From NCBI GenBank assembly GCA_964508365.1, contig CAZDTP010000023.1, positions 1 through 54,338 of the forward strand: 54,338 nt of DNA. Reading direction: 5' to 3'. Of this stretch, positions 40,030 to 49,063 are shown piece after piece. How positions within the stretch are numbered: the stretch's first letter is position 1; each line of letters begins with the position of its first letter. Both the position numbers and the translations under genes were made by a program. Source of the DNA: an uncultured archaeon. GTDB taxonomy: Archaea > Asgardarchaeota > Lokiarchaeia > Sigyniarchaeales > SOKP01. Below the pieces are notes generated by a model that saw only the letters and a list, made by a program, of their open reading frames with translations, searched no databases and had not been told where the DNA came from.

Positions 40030-40989
40030 ATGCCACTCCAACCTGAACATATTGCCAAATTTTTCGATGAAGATACAGATATGAAGTTCAAAACAGAATT
40101 ACTTGAGCTTTTAAGAAAAAGAATTGATAGATTGTGTTTTAAAGAGTGTGAAATCGATAGAATTCAATGCACCTTGACCCCACTCTGCACAAGAAGAATA
40201 CTACTAAAAATTCGATTACTAAATGGGCTTACAATCGAGGATCAACCAAATTTCTGTTATAGTGTTCATAAAAATATAATTTTTCGAGATTTTAGAAACA
40301 AAACTGTAATCTATAAACCTAACGATGCCTATTTATATCTGATTGATTTTTTCGATGTTTTTTTCCATGGAGATTATAGAAATTTAAATAAATTTTTTTC
40401 AAAAGGAGATTTTAAAGGAGCAAGCAAGATTTTTAATGATAGAATTAATAACAGAGACGAAAATTTTCGTTATCTTTTAACTAAAGACCAAGAGTTTATG
40501 GTATTTAAATACGACGATAAAATTCATGTTTGCTTCATAAACGAGAAATACGCTTTATGCAATGCAACTAGAGAAAATATTACAGATTTGAAACTTTTAT
40601 TTGGTTTATGTAAACTCTTTTCCCAAATATATTTTCCTGAGGTTAAGTTAAATTTAATTCCAAATGAATGCGTAGAGATTACAACTATTATTCCAAAAGA
40701 CACGCTTTCTACCATTAGTAATGAAATACCTAAAGATGAAAATTCTAAAAGAGATACTTATTTATGGAATGTTTTCCCTAGCGATTTAGACGCTTTAAGC
40801 CAATTTAGTAATGAAATTAACATTTTTATTGATAAAAAACAAAATTTAGCAATAAAATTAAGCATAAATTTAAAAACAAAAAATCAAAAGAATAGTATTT
40901 CACGCGTTATACTTCGATACCGAGATTTGCGTTTAATATTTAACATTCTATTTCGACTGTATAACGATTTCTACATATTACATGTTTAA
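40030..40989 (+). CDS. Hypothetical protein with N-terminal Cys cluster
   Basis: 319-aa ORF; C-x3-C-x6-C-x5-C near the N-terminus; no family recognised. Confidence 0.75.
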   Translation: MPLQPEHIAKFFDEDTDMKFKTELLELLRKRIDRLCFKECEIDRIQCTLTPLCTRRILLKIRLLNGLTIEDQPNFCYSVHKNIIFRDFRNKTVIYKPNDAYLYLIDFFDVFFHGDYRNLNKFFSKGDFKGASKIFNDRINNRDENFRYLLTKDQEFMVFKYDDKIHVCFINEKYALCNATRENITDLKLLFGLCKLFSQIYFPEVKLNLIPNECVEITTIIPKDTLSTISNEIPKDENSKRDTYLWNVFPSDLDALSQFSNEINIFIDKKQNLAIKLSINLKTKNQKNSISRVILRYRDLRLIFNILFRLYNDFYILHV

Positions 40990-41023
40990 ATTTGAGATAA
41001 AACAATAAGATAGTTGAGTAAAA

Positions 41024-42262
41024 ATGGTAGAGAATAACCAAGAAAATCCAGAAATAGTAAAAATTAAAGATTTTGTAAGAGATGATAGATTAGATGACGC
41101 AGTTAAAATAATTGCCTTATATCTCGGAGATTCGAATCAAGATAATTATTTGGACAGGCTAGAGAATGTTATCGAAATGCTATTATCCCTTCATGGAGGG
41201 AGAACCGTATTGAGATTTCTAATTGAGCAACTTATAATCGATATTCCTTCATTACTTGAAAATCTCTCAAAACGTGATTCTGTCCTTCGATATTCATTTT
41301 TATTACTTTTAAAAACACTTTGTGAAAACGAATGCGATTTGTTTCTCCCTCATAGTGAAGATTTATTGAATTCTCAGGATCCAAATGTTCGAGAGGCTGA
41401 CTTACAGCTTATCATTTTTATGGCAGGAGGAGATACCGATATTGAAGATGAATCACTTATTAACAAAATCGTGCTTACTCTAGCTGACGAAAAAGATTTT
41501 GTAATCGAGAAAGCTATACAAGCACTAATAACAATTGGCCGAAAGCACCCATCTTTAATTACAAAAGCAGTTAATAATTTTGTTAAAGAAGATCCAGAAA
41601 ACGAAAAATTGAAGACTGCTGTAGATACCGTGCTAAAATCAATAGTTACTGTTGAAAAAATTGATGAATTAGTTGAAGAAAACCAAAAAGAAACAATATT
41701 CGATGAGAACGCATTAGAAAAGGAAGAAACTGAAATCATCGATAAAGAATTAGAATTAAAGAAAAAAGAAATTGAAATCAAGAAAAAAAAATTAGAATTG
41801 GAAGAAAAAGAGAAAGAATTAGAAGAAAAAATAATCGAAGAGAAAGAAAAAACGCTAAAACTTAAAGAAGAAATTTTCGAACAAGGAACTACAGTAGATT
41901 CTGAATCGGAAGTACTACCTAAAAAGGTTAAAAAACAACTGAAAAAGGAAGAATCTGACATTATAGATAAGGAAATTGAACTCAAAAAAAAAGAGTTAGA
42001 AATCAAGAAGAAAAAATTGGAGTTGGAATTAAAAGAACGGGAAATTGAAGAAATGGCTATTCAAGAAAAAGGAAAAGCTTTAAAACTAAAAGAAGAATTA
42101 ATTGAAAAAGAAACAGAACTATCTAATGTAGAAATTGAATTACATCAGAAAAAAATCAAGGAGAAAGAAAAAAAAATCTTAGAAAGCGAACTTGAAAGAG
42201 CAGAGGAAAAAATAGAAGAGCTTAAAGATGAAGATTCTAATAACATTGACGAAGATAGTTGA
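41024..42262 (+). CDS. HEAT/ARM-like N-terminal domain + duplicated K/E-rich coiled coil
   Basis: LSKRDSVLR, LNSQDPNVRE and LADEKDFVIEKAIQAL repeats; KEE..IIDKE.ELKKKE.EIKKKKLELE occurs twice. Confidence 0.8.
   Translation: MVENNQENPEIVKIKDFVRDDRLDDAVKIIALYLGDSNQDNYLDRLENVIEMLLSLHGGRTVLRFLIEQLIIDIPSLLENLSKRDSVLRYSFLLLLKTLCENECDLFLPHSEDLLNSQDPNVREADLQLIIFMAGGDTDIEDESLINKIVLTLADEKDFVIEKAIQALITIGRKHPSLITKAVNNFVKEDPENEKLKTAVDTVLKSIVTVEKIDELVEENQKETIFDENALEKEETEIIDKELELKKKEIEIKKKKLELEEKEKELEEKIIEEKEKTLKLKEEIFEQGTTVDSESEVLPKKVKKQLKKEESDIIDKEIELKKKELEIKKKKLELELKEREIEEMAIQEKGKALKLKEELIEKETELSNVEIELHQKKIKEKEKKILESELERAEEKIEELKDEDSNNIDEDS
41720..42110 (+). repeat. Intragenic duplication, 225-nt (75-aa) period
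   Basis: Copies start at 41720 (AAGGAAGAAACTGAAATC) and 41945 (AAGGAAGAATCTGACATT); about 55 aa are similar, with synonymous divergence. Confidence 0.8.
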
Positions 42263-42292
42263 ATGTTAAATAATTTAAAATAGGTTTTATCC

Positions 42293-43303
42293 CTAATTGA
42301 TCTTATCTTCTGTGATTGGAGCAGTATACAATCTTTTTACTATTTTCCGGATCTCAGCAACTTTAACACTATCAGGAGGTAAACTTTTTTGTATAGTCTT
42401 AGCAAGGTTATAAGCAAGCTCGATATAGTTTAAATCTTCTAAAAATTCAACAATCTGGATTTTATAATCAGTATCCTCTACTCCTCCCCCATATTCCATT
42501 AATTTCTCTTTAAGTAAGATATCGATCTTATTCGTTCTTTCGATAAAACGCACTTTTTTAACTAGTTGTTTAAAGGAATTAAAAATGTTGTAAAGCTCTG
42601 AACGTGGATAATCATCAATATTTTTTAACACATAGAATATAAAGAGTTCTGCCTTTTCATAGCGTTTAATTTTCAAACTCACCTCTAAAAGTTCAAGAAG
42701 TGCTTGTTCGTAAAGAAATTTACTTTCCATATTAGGAACAATTTTATCGAATATCCAATCAATTAGATTAGGTTGATCAAACCTTTCGATAATGTCAATA
42801 AGTAATTTGATAATAGAAAAATATAGCTTAGCATTTTCAGTTTTGGTTCCCGATAAGAACGAAACTAAAGCATATTTAATCCTTCCCATAGCATCCTCCA
42901 TATTAATCGGAGTTTCTGCGAATTTATAAAACGCTGATTCCAAAATTGGTTGAATTTTCTCTCTATTTTTAAAATCGTAGATGAAATATTCGCCCCAATT
43001 CGGAGCAATCTTTTCTGAAGTTTTTTTATCTATGGTTTTTTGAGTAGTTTCAGTAGCAGTTTTAGTAGCAGTTTTAGGTTTTGATTCTTTTGTTTTTACA
43101 ATTTGATTTTTTGCTTCTTCCTCTGTTAATACTTCTAAAATAATCCTATCCTTTTCTTTTGGAACTATTATTTTGAAGAATGTTTCTATCTCTTCATTGA
43201 ATAAGGATTCTCTTAATTCTTTAGGAAAAGTGATACCTGTTTTAGTTTTTTTAATAACATCTTCAAAAAAAACTTCTTCCTCTGGTTTCTTATCTTCTGC
43301 CAT
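42293..43303 (-). CDS. Hypothetical protein with AbrB/SpoVT-like N-terminal domain and helical C-terminal domain
   Basis: IKKTKTGITFPKELRESL resembles the AbrB/MazE ITIPKEIRE.L motif; T/K-rich linker; alpha-helical remainder. Confidence 0.65.
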   Translation of the reverse strand: MAEDKKPEEEVFFEDVIKKTKTGITFPKELRESLFNEEIETFFKIIVPKEKDRIILEVLTEEEAKNQIVKTKESKPKTATKTATETTQKTIDKKTSEKIAPNWGEYFIYDFKNREKIQPILESAFYKFAETPINMEDAMGRIKYALVSFLSGTKTENAKLYFSIIKLLIDIIERFDQPNLIDWIFDKIVPNMESKFLYEQALLELLEVSLKIKRYEKAELFIFYVLKNIDDYPRSELYNIFNSFKQLVKKVRFIERTNKIDILLKEKLMEYGGGVEDTDYKIQIVEFLEDLNYIELAYNLAKTIQKSLPPDSVKVAEIRKIVKRLYTAPITEDKIN

Positions 43304-43393
43304 ATTTATTTGTAAGAATAACCATTTTTTAATTCTATGTTGAATTGAAGTAAATTATTATTCTTAAATTATCTATTTAGATATCAAGACAAA

Positions 43394-43987
43394 TCATCCA
43401 GTAATGTTAACTAACTCTACACCCCTAATATCATAATTTTTATCAATGAAACAAAGAATAGCATGACCATTGTGCATATATACAAGAGGTACGGGGTAAG
43501 ATTCGGCGTTTTCTATAAAACTTTTTTTAACGATGATGGAAAGGACAGTATTACACACCATGCAGGGCACTTTAAGCTCTTTTACGATGCCAAGTTCATT
43601 AAAGTCCGCAATAATAGCTTCAATATTTTTATTAAATGAATTAAACATCGTCGTAGAAAAATTACCAAATGTGATGTATGACTCAACATCAAATTTCATA
43701 TTAAATTCTATACTCACTTTTTCTATTAAAGCTTCAAGCAATTGGAACTGAACTGTATTATTAGAACCTGCAGTATATATTAAATCGTTTATTCGAATAT
43801 GCACAATTTTCATGTTACCCTTGAAAATATGGAAAAAAATATTACTCGCAAGATTCTGCTTAACAATATTCAAATCTAATATAAAACTTTTATATGATCT
43901 TGGAGGCTTCCATTCAAATATAGTAAATTCATCTGTACTGATGTTTAAGAACTCGAGATTTTGCAATATTTTCGTATACTCTCCCAT
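43394..43987 (-). CDS. Hypothetical protein: longin-like N-terminal domain + C-terminal Zn-binding module
   Basis: Beta/alpha pattern resembling a longin fold, then CMVC...MHNGH...FIDKNYDIRG. Confidence 0.6.
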   Translation of the reverse strand: MGEYTKILQNLEFLNISTDEFTIFEWKPPRSYKSFILDLNIVKQNLASNIFFHIFKGNMKIVHIRINDLIYTAGSNNTVQFQLLEALIEKVSIEFNMKFDVESYITFGNFSTTMFNSFNKNIEAIIADFNELGIVKELKVPCMVCNTVLSIIVKKSFIENAESYPVPLVYMHNGHAILCFIDKNYDIRGVELVNITG

Positions 43988-44166
43988 TTAGATCAGCTTG
44001 TTTTCGTTTATTTTGATATTACTTACTATATTTTCGATAAAAATTAGCTCGATTTGATTAAGTAATTATTATTTATGATATAAACCATACCCTATTATAA
44101 TCATTTAAATATTTGTATATTACAAGGAGAGAATGTTATTAAAGAAATTAAAAATATTAGTTTTTA

Positions 44167-45840
44167 TTAGATCGGATATTTTCCAGATGTTTTTAGCGTT
44201 CTCATAATAGCCTTTATATTGTCTATGGGTAATTCACGGGGAATTTCACAACCAAATGCTAGCCAATATCCTCCTCCTTCAGCAGCTATCTTTAATTTTT
44301 TAGAGCAGTCGTCTGAAACTTGTTTAGGATCAGCTACTGTAAGTTTATTATAATTTAGGTTGCCCATGATCGTTACTTCTCCGCGTAAAAGTTCTTTAGC
44401 CCAAGCTAAATCAACTTGATAATCAAATTGAATTGCCCCTCCAGGATTAGTTTCTTTTGAAAAGTGTACACATTGAGGTACATAGCCACAACAATGAATT
44501 AGAGGTATCATCCCAAGTTTTTTAATGGCATGGCATGCTTTTTTTTCTGGATCTAAGCAAAATTGTTCAAAAAATGTGGGAGACATAAAATAAGCGGCAG
44601 TTTCCCCTACACCGATAATGTCTGCACCCACTTCATACATCGCTTTTACGACTTCAATTTCGAAATCCGTATACCAATCCAAAATTTCTTTAAATTCATC
44701 AACATGATCTAAAATATAAAAGAATGACATGGGATCTGCTCCAGATAACAATGTAACACCTTGAAATGGTCCTTCTGTCCAACCAATTATAGGGACTTCT
44801 TCCCCAACCTCCTTTTTAGCCAATTTTATTGCTTTAATTGACTCTGTTAACCGTCCAGCTTTCATTAGGTCAGGCATTTTTAGTTTTTGAAAATCTTTGT
44901 ACATAGATGAGTGGCTAAGTATTGGTTTTACAATTCGAGGGACATCGTCGTAAGGAAATTCGACTTTTGCACCTAAGGCACCAGCATATATTCCTACATC
45001 TGAAGAAAAACATAAAGCATCCCATCCAAAAGCTTTATAAGCTTTTATTTGTCCTTCTACAAATTTCTCTGCTTTACTTACATATGCAGAAAATGGAATT
45101 TCAGCAAATTTTGCAGTGAATGTTTGAGCAAAGGGCATAAATGGAACTCTATCTGGTTCTTTATGCTTTACAGATGTCATAACGCGATCGTATGAAGTCA
45201 TTTCATCTTTTAAATCTCTAGAATATTCTAGAGCTTTTTTCAACAATTCATTTACATCTTCAACATATGCATCAACATTGTATTTCGCAGCCATTGCTGG
45301 AGAGCCCGCAGGACCGCTTAAAATTGTCCTAATTTTGTGGCGCACTCCAAGCTTCCACAATTCATTTTCTAATTTTTCGACCTGTTCTTTTGATTGCATA
45401 AGATAAATCGCTGATGCTACTATTCTAGCATTAGATTCTTTAACTACTTGCGCAATTTTCTCAGGAGATACATCCGATCCAGCGTTGATTACTTCAAACC
45501 CGTTAGCTTTAAGATTTGCTGATACAATATTAGTGCCTATCGTCCACGGTCCACCCATGACTCCTAAAACTATCTTCTTTTCAGGTTCTTTAGGTTCGTC
45601 GGATAAACCTAACGATTGTATCCCTACTTCAAAAGCGCCCGCTGATTTTATAATGTCGTCAAGATACATACCTTTAATTTTATACCTTTTACTAGTGTCA
45701 GATATGCCCGCTGATAAGGCTTGTATGATTATTTCGCGTGAAATCCCTTGCCGTGAAGCTTTTCTTACTAATTTTCCTATACTTTTATAATCGCCCTTTG
45801 AAGTAGCTTCCGTTATTTGCTCAAGATTAACGTTTGACAT
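44167..45840 (-). CDS. Fusion of corrinoid (B12-binding) protein and MtaA/CmuA-type methyltransferase (UroD fold)
   Basis: N-terminal cap helices (ALSAGI...YLDDII) and Rossmann B12 domain (IGTNIV...GFEVINAGSDV), then MTSYDRV...EPDRVP, EAGADII-like EVGADII, LIHCCG, TIMGNL, GGGYWLAFGCEIP. Confidence 0.88.
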   Translation of the reverse strand: MSNVNLEQITEATSKGDYKSIGKLVRKASRQGISREIIIQALSAGISDTSKRYKIKGMYLDDIIKSAGAFEVGIQSLGLSDEPKEPEKKIVLGVMGGPWTIGTNIVSANLKANGFEVINAGSDVSPEKIAQVVKESNARIVASAIYLMQSKEQVEKLENELWKLGVRHKIRTILSGPAGSPAMAAKYNVDAYVEDVNELLKKALEYSRDLKDEMTSYDRVMTSVKHKEPDRVPFMPFAQTFTAKFAEIPFSAYVSKAEKFVEGQIKAYKAFGWDALCFSSDVGIYAGALGAKVEFPYDDVPRIVKPILSHSSMYKDFQKLKMPDLMKAGRLTESIKAIKLAKKEVGEEVPIIGWTEGPFQGVTLLSGADPMSFFYILDHVDEFKEILDWYTDFEIEVVKAMYEVGADIIGVGETAAYFMSPTFFEQFCLDPEKKACHAIKKLGMIPLIHCCGYVPQCVHFSKETNPGGAIQFDYQVDLAWAKELLRGEVTIMGNLNYNKLTVADPKQVSDDCSKKLKIAAEGGGYWLAFGCEIPRELPIDNIKAIMRTLKTSGKYPI

Positions 45841-46014
45841 ATATTTCCCTTTTATGTTTCATAAATTTTTACTTTTACCAGACCAAATATTTGAATAAGT
45901 ATTGCACTAAGATGTTAATAAAGTTATATAAGTAATTTTAAAAAACTATAAATAGACCTTAGTTCAAAGCATATCTAGTTTAGATAAAATTTTTAAAACA
46001 CTTAGTGAATAAAA

Positions 46015-47409
46015 ATGAGTAATGAAGAAAAGTTAGATAAATATTCCAATAAAAAAGGAATCTTATTTGGTATTGGACAATTTTCAGATGCTATCGCCTC
46101 ACAGATGTTTACAATTTATGTTTTTACTTTCTATTACTCTATAATAGATTTAGATATTAATCTCATCACATTTGGATTTATATTATGGTCAGTTTGGAAT
46201 GCTATTAACGATCCACTATTAGGTGCTTTATCAGACAGGACGAAGACTAAATGGGGTAGAAGAACTCCATATATGTTTGCCTCTATTATCCCATTATGCA
46301 TTGTAATAATATTATTATGGACACCACCTATTGATTCAGCGATCTCTTCATTTATATATTTTCTTGTCATTATGGTGTTGTTTGACACTTTCTATACTAT
46401 GTACGATCTAAACTATTGCGCCTTATTTCCAGAGATGTTTCAAGATTTAAGTGTTAGGGCAAAAGCTAGCGCCTTTAAACAAATTTTTACTGTCCTTGGT
46501 TTGCTTTTTGCTTTTTTAATACCGACATTCATAATTACTGATTTAACGGATAGTGCTTATATAACTGAATATTTCTACGCTGGAATAGTTATGAGTACTA
46601 TAATCTTCATAGGAGCAATTATTACGATAAAATTTGGAATAAAAGAGAGAACAGAATTTTCCGAGGATTACAAAACGGCACCCTCAATAATTACCTCCCT
46701 AAAGTATTCGCTAAAAAATAAATCTTTTAGGATATTTATTATTATGAATGTAGCATATTGGTACGTCGTGGGTATGCTCCCCATTATCGTACCACTTTAT
46801 GGAAAAACAGTATTGGGAATAAATGATGCAACGCTATTAGGTCTAATGTTAGGTTTAGCTTTTATTTCAGCTGCGCTTTTTATGGCACTTTGGCGTTTTA
46901 TCGTTGTTAAGGTGGGAATGAAAAAAGGAGTAATGATCTCTATGGTAGTTTTTATAATTACATTAGCCCCGTTTATGCTTATTTTTGACATAACAACTGC
47001 TTTTATTGCTTTTTTTTTTGCGGGAATTGGAATTTCAGGGGCAATTTACTTTGGAGACATCCTTCTTGCGGCAATAATAGACGAAGACGAATTAACAATC
47101 GGTACAAGACGAGATGGCGGTTATTACGGCATAAATGCTTTACTTACCAAATTATCTACGATTTTAGTAATTCTTAGTATTAATGTTGTTTTCAACAGCG
47201 TTGGATGGGCAACGTTTGACCCAGTAGGAACTACTGACTACACTATTTTTGGACTTAGAAGTTTAATGTTCATTTTTCCCGCTGTAGCGTTATTAATTGG
47301 ATTAATAGCAATAAGAAAATTCCCAATTACTAAAGAAAAATATGACGAAATTAAGCTTAAACTAGAAAATTTACACAACGAAAAACGAGAGAAAACTCGT
47401 AATCTTTAA
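46015..47409 (+). CDS. MFS transporter, GPH (MelB-like) cation:glycoside symporter
   Basis: WNAINDPLLGALSDRTKTKWGRRTPY, ALFPEMF, DEDEL..GTRRDGGYYG; about 12 TM segments. Confidence 0.92.
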   Translation: MSNEEKLDKYSNKKGILFGIGQFSDAIASQMFTIYVFTFYYSIIDLDINLITFGFILWSVWNAINDPLLGALSDRTKTKWGRRTPYMFASIIPLCIVIILLWTPPIDSAISSFIYFLVIMVLFDTFYTMYDLNYCALFPEMFQDLSVRAKASAFKQIFTVLGLLFAFLIPTFIITDLTDSAYITEYFYAGIVMSTIIFIGAIITIKFGIKERTEFSEDYKTAPSIITSLKYSLKNKSFRIFIIMNVAYWYVVGMLPIIVPLYGKTVLGINDATLLGLMLGLAFISAALFMALWRFIVVKVGMKKGVMISMVVFIITLAPFMLIFDITTAFIAFFFAGIGISGAIYFGDILLAAIIDEDELTIGTRRDGGYYGINALLTKLSTILVILSINVVFNSVGWATFDPVGTTDYTIFGLRSLMFIFPAVALLIGLIAIRKFPITKEKYDEIKLKLENLHNEKREKTRNL

Positions 47410-47603
47410 ATTTTTTTTTTATAAATTTTTTATTTTGAAGCATGAGATATCCTTAGTTAAGGAAATGATAACCGATATGATGTAAAAATCAAAAAGAATG
47501 CGTAATTATTTAATGCTTTACAAATAAATTATCATCTTTATACAAATGTATAAAAAAGATAGTATTATTACTTATCATTGTAATCAACAAATGAGGTGGT
47601 TAT

Positions 47604-48017
47604 TTGCCTAAAATTTCACAAAATATAGAAATTAGAACTAACCTTGAGAAAGTTTATAAAATTTTGACAGATGGAGAACAGACAGTAAAATGGAATCCTA
47701 TTGTAAATGATATAACTCCACTCGAAGAAAATAAATATTTACTAAAATCAACAATTGGGGATATGACTATTAATAAAATAGAGAAAGTTAAAGATGTATA
47801 TGTCAAATGGATAATGGAAAAAAGTGATTTGCATTCAATGGGATATATTTTGAATGAAAAATTACCAATATCTAAAGTTGCACTATGGGTTGAATTTGAA
47901 AATAAGAAGTTTAAAAAGCAATTCAAGGAAGCTGCATATTCAACCTTAGAAGGTTTAAAAAAATATATCGATTATATAGAAGCTGGGGGCAACATTTTAG
48001 AGTATGATAAACAATAA
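47604..48017 (+). CDS. SRPBCC/START-superfamily protein
   Basis: GAGGTG RBS then TTG; I.I....EKVYKIL.D......WNP pattern and a C-terminal helix (STLEGLKKYI). Confidence 0.7.
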   Translation: MPKISQNIEIRTNLEKVYKILTDGEQTVKWNPIVNDITPLEENKYLLKSTIGDMTINKIEKVKDVYVKWIMEKSDLHSMGYILNEKLPISKVALWVEFENKKFKKQFKEAAYSTLEGLKKYIDYIEAGGNILEYDKQ

Positions 48018-48119
48018 ATAAAATTAGCTCATGTTTAAGCTAAGCTTTATTTTTTTTAATTTAAATTTAATACTAATACTTAAATATATTAGTTATTAAA
48101 AAATTGAAATTTTGAAACT

Positions 48120-48950
48120 ATGAATTTCGCAAAAATAAACGGTTTAAAATTGTCATATCAATTTTACGGAAAGGGTTTTCCTATTATCTTTATACATGGA
48201 TATGGCGCAAAAAAAGAGATATGGAAAACTCAAGTGGCAGATATAAGTAAAAAATTCCAAACCATCACATTTGACCTCCGAGGAACAGGAGAGTCTGATC
48301 GACCTAATATTCCATACACTATGAAAATGCTAGCTGAAGATGTGAAGGGTTTAATGGACTTTATTGGTATTGAAAAAGTACATTTAGTAGGTCGCTCGTT
48401 TGGTGGAATGATTGCCCAACATTTTGTGCTACAATACCCCGAAAAAGTTGAAAAATTAGTGTTGATCGCTACTAACTTCGGACGAACTGATCCAGATTGG
48501 GTCGAAATTCCTAAAAAAGGGCGTCTTGAAGAGATTGAGACGATTAAATACGACCCACTAAAAGCCTTTAAACAAAAATCGCGTTGGGTCTTTCACGTAA
48601 AGTTTAGAAAAGAGATGGAAGCTAATCCAAAAAAAAGATTTTTTGACATTTTTTCTATGGAAGATTTAATCAGAGAAAGTGCAATTAATCCTTCAAATCC
48701 TCAAGATGTAATAAATCAAGCAGAGGCTATGAAAACACATTATACGCTAGAAAAATTGCATGAAATTAAAAATAAAACGCTTTTAATAGCAGCATCCCAT
48801 GATCGGCAAACTCCAGTTTCAATAATGGCTGAAATGCATAGAAGAATCCCTAACAGCGAATTGAAAGTTATTAATGAAGCAGGTCATTTTATGACGCTTT
48901 CAAGAGCATCGGAAGTTAACGATATAATTCTAAATTTTTTAAAAAATTAA
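48120..48950 (+). CDS. Alpha/beta hydrolase
   Basis: IFIHGYG, FDLRGTGES, nucleophile elbow GRSFGG, SHD and AGH triad positions. Confidence 0.93.
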   Translation: MNFAKINGLKLSYQFYGKGFPIIFIHGYGAKKEIWKTQVADISKKFQTITFDLRGTGESDRPNIPYTMKMLAEDVKGLMDFIGIEKVHLVGRSFGGMIAQHFVLQYPEKVEKLVLIATNFGRTDPDWVEIPKKGRLEEIETIKYDPLKAFKQKSRWVFHVKFRKEMEANPKKRFFDIFSMEDLIRESAINPSNPQDVINQAEAMKTHYTLEKLHEIKNKTLLIAASHDRQTPVSIMAEMHRRIPNSELKVINEAGHFMTLSRASEVNDIILNFLKN

Positions 48951-49063
48951 TATTTCTTAATTATTCTAATGATTTTTAAAGACTTTTTTTCTATAGAAAA
49001 CAATAGATTTTTATATCCTTAGAATAAAACTGTTTATTATTCAATTCTATTAATATTAATTTT

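Noticed and set aside
41374-42006. 210-aa Ser/Phe-rich minus-strand ORF
   Set aside because: Mirror of the GAA/AAA-rich coiled-coil coding strand.
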